From an uncultured Gemmatimonadales bacterium (GTDB taxonomy: Bacteria; Gemmatimonadota; Gemmatimonadetes; Gemmatimonadales; GWC2-71-9): DNA of 64,000 nt. The position numbers were made by a program, and so were the translations under genes. The stretch covers positions 1,216,001 to 1,280,000 of the forward strand of contig CAVYSW010000003.1 in the NCBI GenBank assembly GCA_963771275.1. The letters run 5' to 3'. Shown here piece by piece: positions 21,296 to 30,724 of the stretch. Under the pieces are notes generated by a model. The model was not told the DNA's origin and did not search any database. It was given only the letters and a program-made list of their open reading frames with translations. How positions within the stretch are numbered: position 1 is the stretch's first letter; the number at the start of each line of letters is the position of its first letter.

Positions 21296-22162
21296 ATGAT
21301 CCGGTTCGGCGTCGCGGGCTGGGACTACGACGACTGGTGGGGCCCGGTCTACCCGGCCGACCGGAAAGGGAGGCGCGCGTTCGATGCCCTCACCTACCTC
21401 GCCCGCTACTTCGACACCATCGAGATCAACTCGACGTTCTACCGGCCCGCGTCCGAGCGCTCGGCGACGGCGTGGGCGCGGCGGGTGGAGGGCAATCCGA
21501 ACTTCAGATTTACCGCCAAGCTGTACCAGCGGTTCACGCACCAACGGGACGAAGCCTGGACTCGCCCCGAGGTGGACGAGGTGCGGCGCGGGCTCGCGCC
21601 GCTCTTGGAAGCGGACCGGCTCGGCTGCCTGCTGGTCCAGTTTCCGTGGTCGTTCAAGCGGGACGCGGCATCACGCGAGTGGCTGGGCGATCTGGTCACC
21701 GCGTTCGGCGACTTCCCGCTCGCCGTCGAGGTGCGTCACAGCTCGTGGAATGTGCCGGAGTTCTACGCGTCGCTCCGCGAACGGGGCGTCGGCGCGGTGA
21801 ACATCGACCAGCCGGTGTTCCGGGACTCCATCAAGCCCGGTACCGAGGTCACGTCCGGCGTGGGCTATGTGCGGCTGCACGGCCGGAACTACGAGAACTG
21901 GTTCCGCGACGACGCCGAATCACACGAGCGGTATGACTACCTGTATACGAAGGCTGAGCTGGAAGGCTGGCTCGAGCGGATTCACGAGGTGGCGGAACGC
22001 GCGCGCGACACCTACGTGATCACGAACAACCATTACCGCGGGCAGGCACCGGCGAACGCGCTGATGCTCAGGCGGTTGTCAGGGGAGAGCGTGGTGGCGC
22101 CGCCGGAGCTGATGGCGGCATTTGCCGACGCGTTCCGGGGCGTCGGCCTCGGTATGGGTTGA
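21296..22162 (+). CDS. DUF72 (YecE-like) protein
   Basis: GVAGWDYDDWWGPVYP, EINSTFY, EVRHSSW, YVRLHGRN and YDYLY. Confidence 0.92.
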   Translation: MIRFGVAGWDYDDWWGPVYPADRKGRRAFDALTYLARYFDTIEINSTFYRPASERSATAWARRVEGNPNFRFTAKLYQRFTHQRDEAWTRPEVDEVRRGLAPLLEADRLGCLLVQFPWSFKRDAASREWLGDLVTAFGDFPLAVEVRHSSWNVPEFYASLRERGVGAVNIDQPVFRDSIKPGTEVTSGVGYVRLHGRNYENWFRDDAESHERYDYLYTKAELEGWLERIHEVAERARDTYVITNNHYRGQAPANALMLRRLSGESVVAPPELMAAFADAFRGVGLGMG

Positions 22163-22188
22163 CAGACTTAGCTAAATCTCTAAGTATT
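22159..22188 (+). promoter_or_regulatory. Promoter and probable ArsR operator
   Basis: TTGACA at 22159-22164; inverted repeat ACTTAG-N8-CTAAGT at 22166-22185; ATG follows at 22193 with no SD (probably leaderless). Confidence 0.65.
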
Positions 22189-22192
22189 CGGC

Positions 22193-22474
22193 ATGAGCTT
22201 GCGCGAGGGTGTCTTCAAGGCGCTGTCGGACCCGACCCGCCGACAGATTCTGGAGCTCTTGGGCCGGCGGGACATGACCGCGGGGGAGATCGCCGACCGG
22301 TTCCCGATCGCCTTCGCGTCGGTCTCGCGACATCTGGGGATCCTGCGCGATGCCGACCTGGTGGCGACCGAGCGAGAGGGACAGTTCATCCGCTACCGGC
22401 TGAACACGACGGTGTACCAGGAGCTGGTGCGCTACCTGGTGCGAGTATTCGGAGGAGGATCGCCCCATGCGTAA
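22193..22474 (+). CDS. ArsR family repressor, SdpR-like
   Basis: FKALSDPTRRQIL, SVSRHLGILRDADLV and YRLNTTV. Confidence 0.92.
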   Translation: MSLREGVFKALSDPTRRQILELLGRRDMTAGEIADRFPIAFASVSRHLGILRDADLVATEREGQFIRYRLNTTVYQELVRYLVRVFGGGSPHA

Positions 22475-23105
22475 GCGCTGGCTCGGACTGGTGATCGCCG
22501 CCCTGGCGATCGCGTTCTCGATCTGGGCGTACCCGCAGCTGCCGGACAAGGTGCCCACGCACTGGAACTTCCGGGGCGAGCCGGACGGCTACTCATCGCG
22601 CCTGATCGGGGTTGCCCTGATGCCCCTCGTGATCCTGGCGATCACCGGCATTGCGCAGGTGCTGCCGCGGATCGATCCCCGCAGCGCCAACTACGCCAAG
22701 TTCATCAAGGTCTACTGGCTGATGATGAACGGGATCCTGCTGTTCATGGGGGTGCTCCACTTCGCGATGCTGGGCAACGCGCTGGGCGCTCCGGTGAACA
22801 TTGGGCGCATTGCGCCGGTGGGGGTGGGTTTGCTGTTCATGCTGCTCGGGAACTACTTCGGGCGAGTCGAGCCCAACTGGTTCTTGGGGATCCGCACGCC
22901 GTGGACGCTCTCCAGCGACACGGTCTGGCGGAAGACGCACCGCACGGGTGCGTGGCTGTTCGTGATCGGCGGCCTGCTGATGATCGCGTGCGCGTTCCTC
23001 AGGAAGACCGCGGTGTACGTGGTGTTCGGGCTCACGATCGCGCTGGTGGCCCTCGTGCCGGTCGTGCTGTCGTACGTCCTCTGGCGCAAGGAGCAGGCGC
23101 GATGA
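22467..23105 (+). CDS. SdpI family membrane (immunity-like) protein
   Basis: LPDKVPTHWNFRGEPDG and NWFLGIRTPWTLSSDTVWRKTHR. Confidence 0.92.
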   Translation: MRKRWLGLVIAALAIAFSIWAYPQLPDKVPTHWNFRGEPDGYSSRLIGVALMPLVILAITGIAQVLPRIDPRSANYAKFIKVYWLMMNGILLFMGVLHFAMLGNALGAPVNIGRIAPVGVGLLFMLLGNYFGRVEPNWFLGIRTPWTLSSDTVWRKTHRTGAWLFVIGGLLMIACAFLRKTAVYVVFGLTIALVALVPVVLSYVLWRKEQAR

Positions 23106-24097
23106 ACGGGAACCGGGGTGCGGCGATCGCCGTCGCGGCGTTGTCGGTCTTCACGGTGCGGGCCGCGGCACAGGCGGTGGCCGACACGCTCCCGCCGGCC
23201 GGCGTGACGGAGACGCCCTACACGTTCACCAGCGGCGCCCTGACTCTCTCCGGCACCCTGGCCATGCCCGCCGCGGCCGGCCCGGTGCCCGTGGCCCTGA
23301 TCGTGGCAGGCTCGGGCCCCACCGACCGGAACGGGAACTCCGGGCAGGGTCTCCGGACCAACACGTACGCGCAGCTTGCGTGGGGTCTCGCCCAGCGGGG
23401 CATCGCCTCGCTGCGGTACGACAAGCGTGTGCTGCCGGCCACGCAAGGCCCGGTGGACATCGCGGAGCTCACGTTCGACGACTTTGCGGCGGATCTCTCA
23501 GCCGCGGGGACCGCGCTCGCGCATGACGGGCGGTTCTCGAAAGTGATCGTGATCGGGCACAGCGAGGGCGCCTCGCTGGCCGTGCGGGCGGTGGCGCGCG
23601 GCCTCGCGCCCGCGGGGATCGTGCTGATCGCCGGTGTGGGGCGGCCGTTCGGGGCGGTGATCCACGAGCAGCTCGGCCGCCAGGTGGATTCCGCCACGCT
23701 GGTCCTGTTCGACAGCGCGCTGGCGCGGTACCTGCGCAACGAGCCGACCGGCGATGTCCCGGGTCCCCTGATGGTGCTGCTGGCGCCGGTCAACCGCACC
23801 TACATGCAGAGCCTTGTGGCGCTCGATCCGGTGGACGAGCTCAAGTCCGTCACGGTGCCGACGATGATCATGCAGGGTGCGGCGGACGCACAGGTGCGCG
23901 TCGTCGATGCCGAGCTGCTACACCAGGCCCGGCCCGACGCGCAGCTGGTGATCCTCCCCGAGACCAACCACGTCCTGAAGCACGTGACCGGCACGCTGCT
24001 CGCCGCCCAGATCACGACCTATCGGGATCCCACGATCCCGATCGTCCCCGACGTGGTGACCCGGATTGCCGACTGGATCGACGCGTTGGGGCGGTAG
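23102..24097 (+). CDS. Exported alpha/beta hydrolase
   Basis: Signal peptide; GSGPTDRNGN, RYDKR, GHSEG nucleophile and NHVLK. Confidence 0.88.
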   Translation: MNGNRGAAIAVAALSVFTVRAAAQAVADTLPPAGVTETPYTFTSGALTLSGTLAMPAAAGPVPVALIVAGSGPTDRNGNSGQGLRTNTYAQLAWGLAQRGIASLRYDKRVLPATQGPVDIAELTFDDFAADLSAAGTALAHDGRFSKVIVIGHSEGASLAVRAVARGLAPAGIVLIAGVGRPFGAVIHEQLGRQVDSATLVLFDSALARYLRNEPTGDVPGPLMVLLAPVNRTYMQSLVALDPVDELKSVTVPTMIMQGAADAQVRVVDAELLHQARPDAQLVILPETNHVLKHVTGTLLAAQITTYRDPTIPIVPDVVTRIADWIDALGR

Positions 24098-24100
24098 TCT

Positions 24101-24160
24101 GGAGCGGCAGGAGCGGCAGGAGCGGCAGAGGGGGCAGCGGGGGAGAGGAGAGCGGTGGAG
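24101..24160. repeat. GGAGCGGCA 9-mer tandem repeat
   Basis: Three perfect copies plus degenerate ones after the hydrolase stop. Confidence 0.75.
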
Positions 24161-24202
24161 AGTGTCATCGCCCCACCGGAGGGTACGCGGCAGGCGGAGT
24201 CG

Positions 24203-25198
24203 CTACCACAATCGCAACTGCTCCGTCCGCCGTCCCGACGTAGCCGAGAAGGTGTAGACCGGCAGACCGATCTCGCCGGCGAGCGCCGTGAAGCGGGCGG
24301 TGAGCGCGCTGCGATAGCGGGATGGCGCGTCGGCCGCGCGGCCGTAAGCCGCGGCGTAGCGACGGGCGAGCCCGGGAAAGTGACGCTCGAGAACGGGGAG
24401 CAGCGGCTCGCGGACCGCGGGATAGAGCCGCAGGGGGCCGGCGTGCGCCGACCCGGCTCCCGCGTCGCGCGCGGCCCGCAGCACGGCCCGCAGGTGGGCC
24501 ACTCCATCAGTGATGCCGGGGAGCACCGGGGCGAGGATGAGCACGGTGTTGAGGCGCGCCGTCGCAAGGCGCGCAAGCGCCCGGAGGCGTGCCCGTGGGG
24601 CCGGGGAACGCGGCTCGAACAGCCGCACCAGCTTCGGGTCGGTGCCGATGAGCGAGATGTGCACCACGAGCTCGTGGCGTGCCGCGACGGCGCCAAGCAG
24701 CGCGATGTCGCGCGTCACCAGCGGGCTCTTTGTTACGATGGCGATGTGGAATCCGCGCTCGGCCGCGAGCCGCTCGAGCACGAGCCGGGTGAGCCGAAAC
24801 ACGCGCTCGGCCGGTTGGTAAGGATCGGTTGCCGTCCCGATCCCGAGCGCATGGCGCGCGCCGTGCCGACGCCGCAACCGCGCGAGGTCCCGGTCGAGAG
24901 CGTCCGCCAGCTGCTCGCGCTGCTTGACGAGAATGGTGTGCTCGAACGCTTCCCACGGCTTGGGCGACACACCGTCCGGTCCGGGGATGGCGGCGAACGC
25001 GCCGACCTTGCGGGCGCGCTCCAGAGCATAGGCATGCGCGAAGCGCGCGTAGCAGTAGCGGCACCCGAACTCGCATCCGATGTAGGGGTTGAGCGACCAG
25101 AAGGGGAGCCCGGTCGCCTCGGGCGGATTGAGGATCGAATGAACGGGCCGCTCGAGGAACCGGACAGTGCGACCGGTTCGGATCTCGTTCAGCCGCAT
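24203..25198 (-). CDS. SplB-like radical SAM protein (DNA-repair associated family)
   Basis: SLNPYIGCEFGCRYCYA (CX3CX2C), GTATDPYQPAE, TKSPLVTRD, APVLPGITD; C-terminal QLRLW. Confidence 0.88.
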   Translation of the reverse strand: MRLNEIRTGRTVRFLERPVHSILNPPEATGLPFWSLNPYIGCEFGCRYCYARFAHAYALERARKVGAFAAIPGPDGVSPKPWEAFEHTILVKQREQLADALDRDLARLRRRHGARHALGIGTATDPYQPAERVFRLTRLVLERLAAERGFHIAIVTKSPLVTRDIALLGAVAARHELVVHISLIGTDPKLVRLFEPRSPAPRARLRALARLATARLNTVLILAPVLPGITDGVAHLRAVLRAARDAGAGSAHAGPLRLYPAVREPLLPVLERHFPGLARRYAAAYGRAADAPSRYRSALTARFTALAGEIGLPVYTFSATSGRRTEQLRLW

Positions 25199-25374
25199 CT
25201 CCCCCAGCCGCAGGTCGGGCAGTAGGAGCAGCCGGACTCCGGGAGGATGCGCGCGCCGCACTCTGGGCACCGCTCTCGATCGTACATACTGTTGAAGAAT
25301 AACAGCTTACGCCGTTCCTCACGGGTGAGGAGCCGGGTCGGCAGAAGCTTGGCGTTGCTGTCTCGATACCGCAT
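25189..25374 (-). CDS. 61-aa zinc-ribbon microprotein
   Basis: MRYRDSNAK...CPECGARILPESGCSYCPTCGWGRCG; ATG 8 nt after TATATT; stop overlaps the radical SAM start region. Confidence 0.65.
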   Translation of the reverse strand: MRYRDSNAKLLPTRLLTREERRKLLFFNSMYDRERCPECGARILPESGCSYCPTCGWGRCG

Positions 25375-25379
25375 GAACG

Positions 25380-25411
25380 CCGAATATATACCGAAGATTT
25401 CCCGATGGCTA
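25380..25411 (-). promoter_or_regulatory. Promoter and candidate operator of the Zn-ribbon/radical SAM operon
   Basis: ATCTTCGGTATATATTCGG at 25380-25398 on the minus strand, 18/19 identical to the imuB element. Confidence 0.65.
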
Positions 25412-27697
25412 GTCCACCGCTGGCGCCGCGAAGAGGGCGGTGCACAGCACCGGCTGGTCCAACTTGGGGTGCCGTACGGGGTGCCTCCCAAGCCAGGCGC
25501 GAAGGGCGGCGGTTCCTCCGCTGAGCGCGTCAGTGAGTTCCCGGTGCGCCCCGATCGCCAGACCGCCATGAAGCCTGACGAGCGCTTCGTCGAGCAGCCC
25601 GAGGGCATGCCGATCCCGCCGCCGCGCGGCAACGCGCGCCCGCGCGAGGATCCTCCGGGCCAGTCGGCGGGCGTCCGGACGATGATCGGTGCTCGCCGCG
25701 GCCGCGACACGACCGCGGAGCATCGTGCGGATCGCCGCGAGCAGTCGGGCCGGGGGCTGGCCGACGACGGCCTGACGCACCATGCAGTCCTCGACGATGT
25801 CGAGCGGCGTGGTATCGTCCACCGGGGCGGCCAGTTCCCACACGTCTCCGCCCCGACCGCTCCAGCGGATCGCGCAGCAGGCACTCGATGGGCCACGCAC
25901 AAGCGTGTGGCCGGCACACGGCGCCCGGTGGCCGCGCGCGAAGCGCTCCCGCCGCTCAAAGGCACCCCCGGTCACGCGGGCGCGGCCGACCGTGGCCGTG
26001 CGCGGAACACCCAGCCTGATCTGCGTGCGCGACTTTCGCTCGATCAGGGCGGTCAGGTCGAGCAGGCTCTCCAGCTCGTCAGGTGGCCCAAACCACCAGG
26101 CCGTGACGATCGAGTGTGGGGACCCGAGGCGCGCGATGCGGCCGAGCCGTTGCTCGAGCCGGAGTGGCGTCCAGGGCAGGTCATAGTGGACGACGCCATC
26201 GGCGTCCTGGAGGTTGAGTCCCTCGCTCGCGAGATCGGTCGCGATCAGCACGTCCACCCTCGTCGCGGTGCGCGTGATGCCGGCCCGCTGCGCGCGCGGC
26301 GCAAACAGAGCGAATGCCTCCGCGATCGAAACCGAGCCCGATGCGATCCGGGCCCGGCGGGACGAGACGGTGGCTACGCGGCGCCATGCCAGCGCGTCGC
26401 CCAAGGCCGTGGCCGTCGCGCGCGCAGCGGTGAACACGAGGGTCTTCCGGCCTGCCCGGCTGCGGAGGATCTCGCTCAGCGCGGAGAGCTTGGGATTGGT
26501 CGCCGACCGGGACAGCGTCACCAGCAGCCGCGTGATGCGTTCCCGCTCCGCTTCCCACTCGTCGGGGTCGACGTGCGTCGCCCGTGCCGGGTCGAGCAGC
26601 AACTCGAGCTGCGGTGACTCGTCGGCCCCGAACAGCGCACGGGCTCCGCCGCGCGACAGGCGCTCACCGCGCCGCGCCGCGGCGAGCGCGCGGTCCAGAT
26701 AGGTGCGATGGCGTAAGAGAGATTCCCGAAACGCCTCGGGCGACGAGGCGAGACGCGCGGCGAGGTGGGTCCGCAGCAGTCCGGCGGCGTCGGTGCCGAA
26801 CGACGGGAACCGGAGACCCGCGAGCCACGCCACGAGCTCGCCGTGGCAGGTGGGGTCGACCGTGGGAAGACGGATCACCGCGGCGTCGCCGGCGTCGGGG
26901 AGCAAGGCGCTGACGCCGGCGGTCTCGGGCGAGCGGGCCACGATGAGCGGGCACAGCGCGCGGACGAGCGGATCGATGGCCTCCCGGCCGGCGGCCGCTT
27001 CGAGCGACGGTACGCCCAATGCCGCGAGGCCGTGATCGGCGAGGAATAGCCGGACGAGAGAGACCAGGTCGGCCGCGCGGTTCACTACGGGGGTCGCGGT
27101 GAGCAGGAGCACATCGGCCGCGCGGACCTGGCGGGCGAGGGCGTCATAGCGGCAGGTCGCGGGATGGCGGAAGCGGTGCGCCTCGTCCACGACGAGGAAC
27201 GGGGTGGCAGGAACCCGTGCGCCGCGACTCAACGCTTCGTGGGTGACCAGGCGCGCCGGGACGTCATGGTGGGCGAGCAGCGCCTGCCACTGGCTCCTGA
27301 TCGCGGCGGGGACCGCGATCGTGGCGCGGGGATAGCGGGTCGCAAGGGCCAGGGCGATGTAGCTCTTGCCCAGTCCCACCGCATCCGCGAGCAGGGCGCC
27401 GCCGAACACTTGGAGTGCCGTCGCGAGTCGCCGGGCGGCTTCGCGCTGGTGCGGCAGCAACCACGCGGGGGGCGTCCAGTCGGCTTCCGCGACGCCGCAC
27501 GCTGCGAGGCGGAGCGCGGGCAACAGGGCGGACAGGGGGCGCGCGGGTCCCGGGTCGGCGATCCACGCAACCGGCTCGCGCACCGGGTGGAGCGCGTCAG
27601 CCGAGATCGTCGGCCAGGGAGCGGAGCGTAGCGCGGACGGTGCTCGGGAGGTCGAGCGCGTCCGCGGCGGCGCCGTCGAGATCGTGCTGTGGGACAT
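25409..27697 (-). CDS. SNF2-like SF2 helicase (start uncertain, possibly GTG 27583)
   Basis: LADAVGLGKS, VDEAH, LTATP, SEGLNLQ and DLPWTPLRLEQRLGRIAR. Confidence 0.88.
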   Translation of the reverse strand: MSHSTISTAPPRTRSTSRAPSALRSAPWPTISADALHPVREPVAWIADPGPARPLSALLPALRLAACGVAEADWTPPAWLLPHQREAARRLATALQVFGGALLADAVGLGKSYIALALATRYPRATIAVPAAIRSQWQALLAHHDVPARLVTHEALSRGARVPATPFLVVDEAHRFRHPATCRYDALARQVRAADVLLLTATPVVNRAADLVSLVRLFLADHGLAALGVPSLEAAAGREAIDPLVRALCPLIVARSPETAGVSALLPDAGDAAVIRLPTVDPTCHGELVAWLAGLRFPSFGTDAAGLLRTHLAARLASSPEAFRESLLRHRTYLDRALAAARRGERLSRGGARALFGADESPQLELLLDPARATHVDPDEWEAERERITRLLVTLSRSATNPKLSALSEILRSRAGRKTLVFTAARATATALGDALAWRRVATVSSRRARIASGSVSIAEAFALFAPRAQRAGITRTATRVDVLIATDLASEGLNLQDADGVVHYDLPWTPLRLEQRLGRIARLGSPHSIVTAWWFGPPDELESLLDLTALIERKSRTQIRLGVPRTATVGRARVTGGAFERRERFARGHRAPCAGHTLVRGPSSACCAIRWSGRGGDVWELAAPVDDTTPLDIVEDCMVRQAVVGQPPARLLAAIRTMLRGRVAAAASTDHRPDARRLARRILARARVAARRRDRHALGLLDEALVRLHGGLAIGAHRELTDALSGGTAALRAWLGRHPVRHPKLDQPVLCTALFAAPAVD

Positions 27698-30665
27698 CGC
27701 GATGGTGGTGAGCGCGCCGGCTCACCGCAGCAAGCGCGGCGCGCGGGGAGCCCGGTGACGGCAGGGGGAGTCCGGCGGTGACGCGGGCGTTGTAGCGGCG
27801 GTATCCGCCGCGCGCCTCGTCGGCGCCGGCACGGAGCAGGACGCGCGCCCACGTGGTGTTGAGCATGCCGGCGACCGCGAGAACGGTCTGGCGGTCGGCG
27901 ACGGCGACATAGCAGGAGTTGAGCGGAATCGCGTCGGACGCCACTTCATCGAGCGCAACCCCCGTGGGGGCACGGGCGATGTCCGGCCAGACGACGCGCC
28001 AGCGTCCGAGCGACGGGTGCACGCGGAACAAGGTCCAGTACGGATTGGCGCGCCAGTCGGCGCGCGCCTCGAGCCGGGCTCGCCAGGCTCGGGCGTATCG
28101 GGCGGCGAGTGGCGGGAGCTCGCGCCGCAGCGTGCCGTCCGGCGCGTAGGGCCAGAAAACCACGCGAGACGGGCGGGCGGCAAATGGGGTGACGTCCCGC
28201 CCTCGGAGCGCGGGCCGCAGCATGTCTCGCTCGAGCTCGGCCTCGGCGTCGCGGAACCGCACGACGATCGTGGCGCCCCGCTCCTCCTGGGGGGTTCCGA
28301 GGAGCAGGTCGTCGGCTCCTGTCTTCACACCGAGGGCCGGCGCCGCGCAGGAGGCGAGGGTCGGGCCCGCCCGGCGCAGTCGATCGAGCGCGTCGCGCGC
28401 CGCGCGCGGCAGGAGGATCCAGGGACCCGGGCTCGCGAGCGCGTCCTGCGGCACGGTGCGGGTCCGCGCGAAGTCGAGCGCGACCAGAGTCCGGGGTGCG
28501 GGCTCGGCCTTGCGCGCCACGAGGGCGAGCGGGTACACCGCCGCACCGAACCCGGCCGCGTCGCGATCGGGGACCCGGTGGACGTAGGCGAGCGACGTTT
28601 CCCGAACCAGCGCCGCCCGGGCATGCTCGGCGTATCCGGCGGAAGCGATCTTCGAGGGCAGCAGCAGACCTACGGCACCTCCCGGTGCGGCGAGCTCGAC
28701 GGCGCGCTCGAGGAACGCGACGGCGAGATCAGGGAGGTGCTTGAACCCGGCATCGCTGCCCGCCCGCCACCAGCTGAACCGGCCGCGCAGCGTGGCGCGC
28801 ATGCTGTCCGGGAGCCGCTCGGCGCGCACCCACGGCGGGTTGCCGACGATCGCGTCAAACCCGCCCGCCGCCATCACGTCGGGGCAGTGGACCTCGAACG
28901 CGAAGAACGGCACGCTCCCATCGGCGATGCGGCGCGCGGTAACGGCGAGCGCAGCGCGCTCGCGGCGCAGCGCGTCGTGCCGGCGGCGCTGCGAGTGCTG
29001 GAGTCCCACCCGGCGGCCGAACAGATCGCGACTGCGCGCGGCGGTGAGCAGCTCACGAAGGGCGGCACGAACGCGCTGGCTGGCGGCCTCCACGAGGGCC
29101 GCGGCCGCTCGGAGCTCGAGGGAGTGCAGGGCGGTGGTGGCGGGTGCGCGGGCCGGCCCCCGGGCTTCGTACAGTGCGGCCCGCGCGGCCCGTGCCGCGC
29201 GGAGCGCGGCCGGCCGGATCGGCCCCAGCCCGAGCGCTCGCGTCGCACTCAGGGGATCGAGCAACGAGTCTCCCTGGCGGACGATGGCATGGAGGTTGGG
29301 GAGCGGCGTCACACGGTGCAGATCGTCGGTCGGGTCGTCGGCGATGACGGCGAGCCAGAGGCGCAGCTCGGCGAGGTGGACGGCAATGGGACTCAGGTCC
29401 ACGCCGAACAGGTTCACGCGAATGATCTGGCGGCGCACGCAACACCGTGAGTGCCCCGCGGTCTGGTCGGCCAGGGCCAGATGCGCCCGCGTCAGCGTCT
29501 CGAGCGCGCCGAGCAGAAACGCTCCCGACCCCACGGCGGGATCGAGGATGCGGAGCCGCGCCAAGGTGCGGGCCGCGGCGGCCCGGTCGATCGCCGGGGG
29601 CGGCGAGCCGGCGAGCAGCGCGAGCGCGTCGTCGTGGGACAGCCCTGCACGGCCGGTGAGCGCGGTGGCCAGCGCCGCGGCGACGAGTCGCCGCACGAGC
29701 GGCTCCGGCGTGTAGAACGTGCCGGTCGCCTGGCGCTCGCTCGCGTCCATCACGCGCTCGAACGCGCGCCCCAGCATGTCCGGCGCGACCGCGTTCGCTT
29801 CGCCGCTTTCGCGCACGCAGAAGCGAAAGCGTTGAAACAGCCCGTCGAACGCGTCGCGCCACAGTGGATTGGCGAAGGTGACCGGCCCGAGCCGCCGCTC
29901 CACGGGGTGCGGCTCGAACAGGCCGCCGTTGAGGTAGGGAACCGCGCCGAACCGCGTCCCGTGGGTGCGCTCGCCGGTCGGCCGGTTGAGGGTCCCGAAG
30001 AAGAGCGGGTGGAGCACGGAACGGTGGAACGGCTGGCGACGGGCCAGCGCGTCGTCCAGCAGGGCCGGCAGGAAGTCGTGCCGACCGTCGAGCCAGCCCC
30101 GGGCCTGCACGAAGTACAGGAACAGGACGCGGGTGAGGGTGAGCAATGCGGCGAGCTTGCGGTCGGCGGGGGCGCCGCGCGAGCCGAGTGACGCCGCCAT
30201 GCGCTCGAGGATGGCGCGAAACGCCGTGAAGAAGCGCGCTCCGACGTGTTCGGTCGCGAGCACGTCGGCCACATGCAACGCGTGCTCGAGCGCGGTGGCA
30301 CCGGGACGCGGCGCGAGGGCCGCGAGGAGCTCGAGGGCAAACGGATCGGGCTGGGTGGTGGAGACCGCGAGCACCGGCGTGCATCCGGGTGCGCCGACGC
30401 GGGGCGCGGCGATGGCGACCCACCCGCCGCCGACGGCCGCGACCAGGCCCGGCTGCGCCACCCCGGCGAGCCGGATGGCTGCGGCCCGGGCGCCGTCGCG
30501 GGGCGCATCGGCGGCCACCCCGACCACGCGGAATCCCTTCCATCGGGCGACGGCGACGCCACCCGATTCGGGGGGCGTCCCGTGGTCCCCGAGGTAGCCG
30601 AGCTGCGCGAACAGCCGCGGCAAATCCGCGACGTCCTGGGTGGATCGCACGATGTCTGCGAGCAT
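27597..30665 (-). CDS. Large N6-adenine DNA methyltransferase, Eco57I/Type IIG-like
   Basis: PYLNGGLF, GTFYTP, DPAVGSGAF (motif I), GNPPW (motif IV); C-terminal target-recognition-like region. Confidence 0.88.
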   Translation of the reverse strand: MLADIVRSTQDVADLPRLFAQLGYLGDHGTPPESGGVAVARWKGFRVVGVAADAPRDGARAAAIRLAGVAQPGLVAAVGGGWVAIAAPRVGAPGCTPVLAVSTTQPDPFALELLAALAPRPGATALEHALHVADVLATEHVGARFFTAFRAILERMAASLGSRGAPADRKLAALLTLTRVLFLYFVQARGWLDGRHDFLPALLDDALARRQPFHRSVLHPLFFGTLNRPTGERTHGTRFGAVPYLNGGLFEPHPVERRLGPVTFANPLWRDAFDGLFQRFRFCVRESGEANAVAPDMLGRAFERVMDASERQATGTFYTPEPLVRRLVAAALATALTGRAGLSHDDALALLAGSPPPAIDRAAAARTLARLRILDPAVGSGAFLLGALETLTRAHLALADQTAGHSRCCVRRQIIRVNLFGVDLSPIAVHLAELRLWLAVIADDPTDDLHRVTPLPNLHAIVRQGDSLLDPLSATRALGLGPIRPAALRAARAARAALYEARGPARAPATTALHSLELRAAAALVEAASQRVRAALRELLTAARSRDLFGRRVGLQHSQRRRHDALRRERAALAVTARRIADGSVPFFAFEVHCPDVMAAGGFDAIVGNPPWVRAERLPDSMRATLRGRFSWWRAGSDAGFKHLPDLAVAFLERAVELAAPGGAVGLLLPSKIASAGYAEHARAALVRETSLAYVHRVPDRDAAGFGAAVYPLALVARKAEPAPRTLVALDFARTRTVPQDALASPGPWILLPRAARDALDRLRRAGPTLASCAAPALGVKTGADDLLLGTPQEERGATIVVRFRDAEAELERDMLRPALRGRDVTPFAARPSRVVFWPYAPDGTLRRELPPLAARYARAWRARLEARADWRANPYWTLFRVHPSLGRWRVVWPDIARAPTGVALDEVASDAIPLNSCYVAVADRQTVLAVAGMLNTTWARVLLRAGADEARGGYRRYNARVTAGLPLPSPGSPRAALAAVSRRAHHHRDVPQHDLDGAAADALDLPSTVRATLRSLADDLG

Positions 30666-30724
30666 CGGCGACCATGGTCGCCGATCAAGGGCGCCGGAGT
30701 GTCGTCAGAACGTCGCGGGGACGG

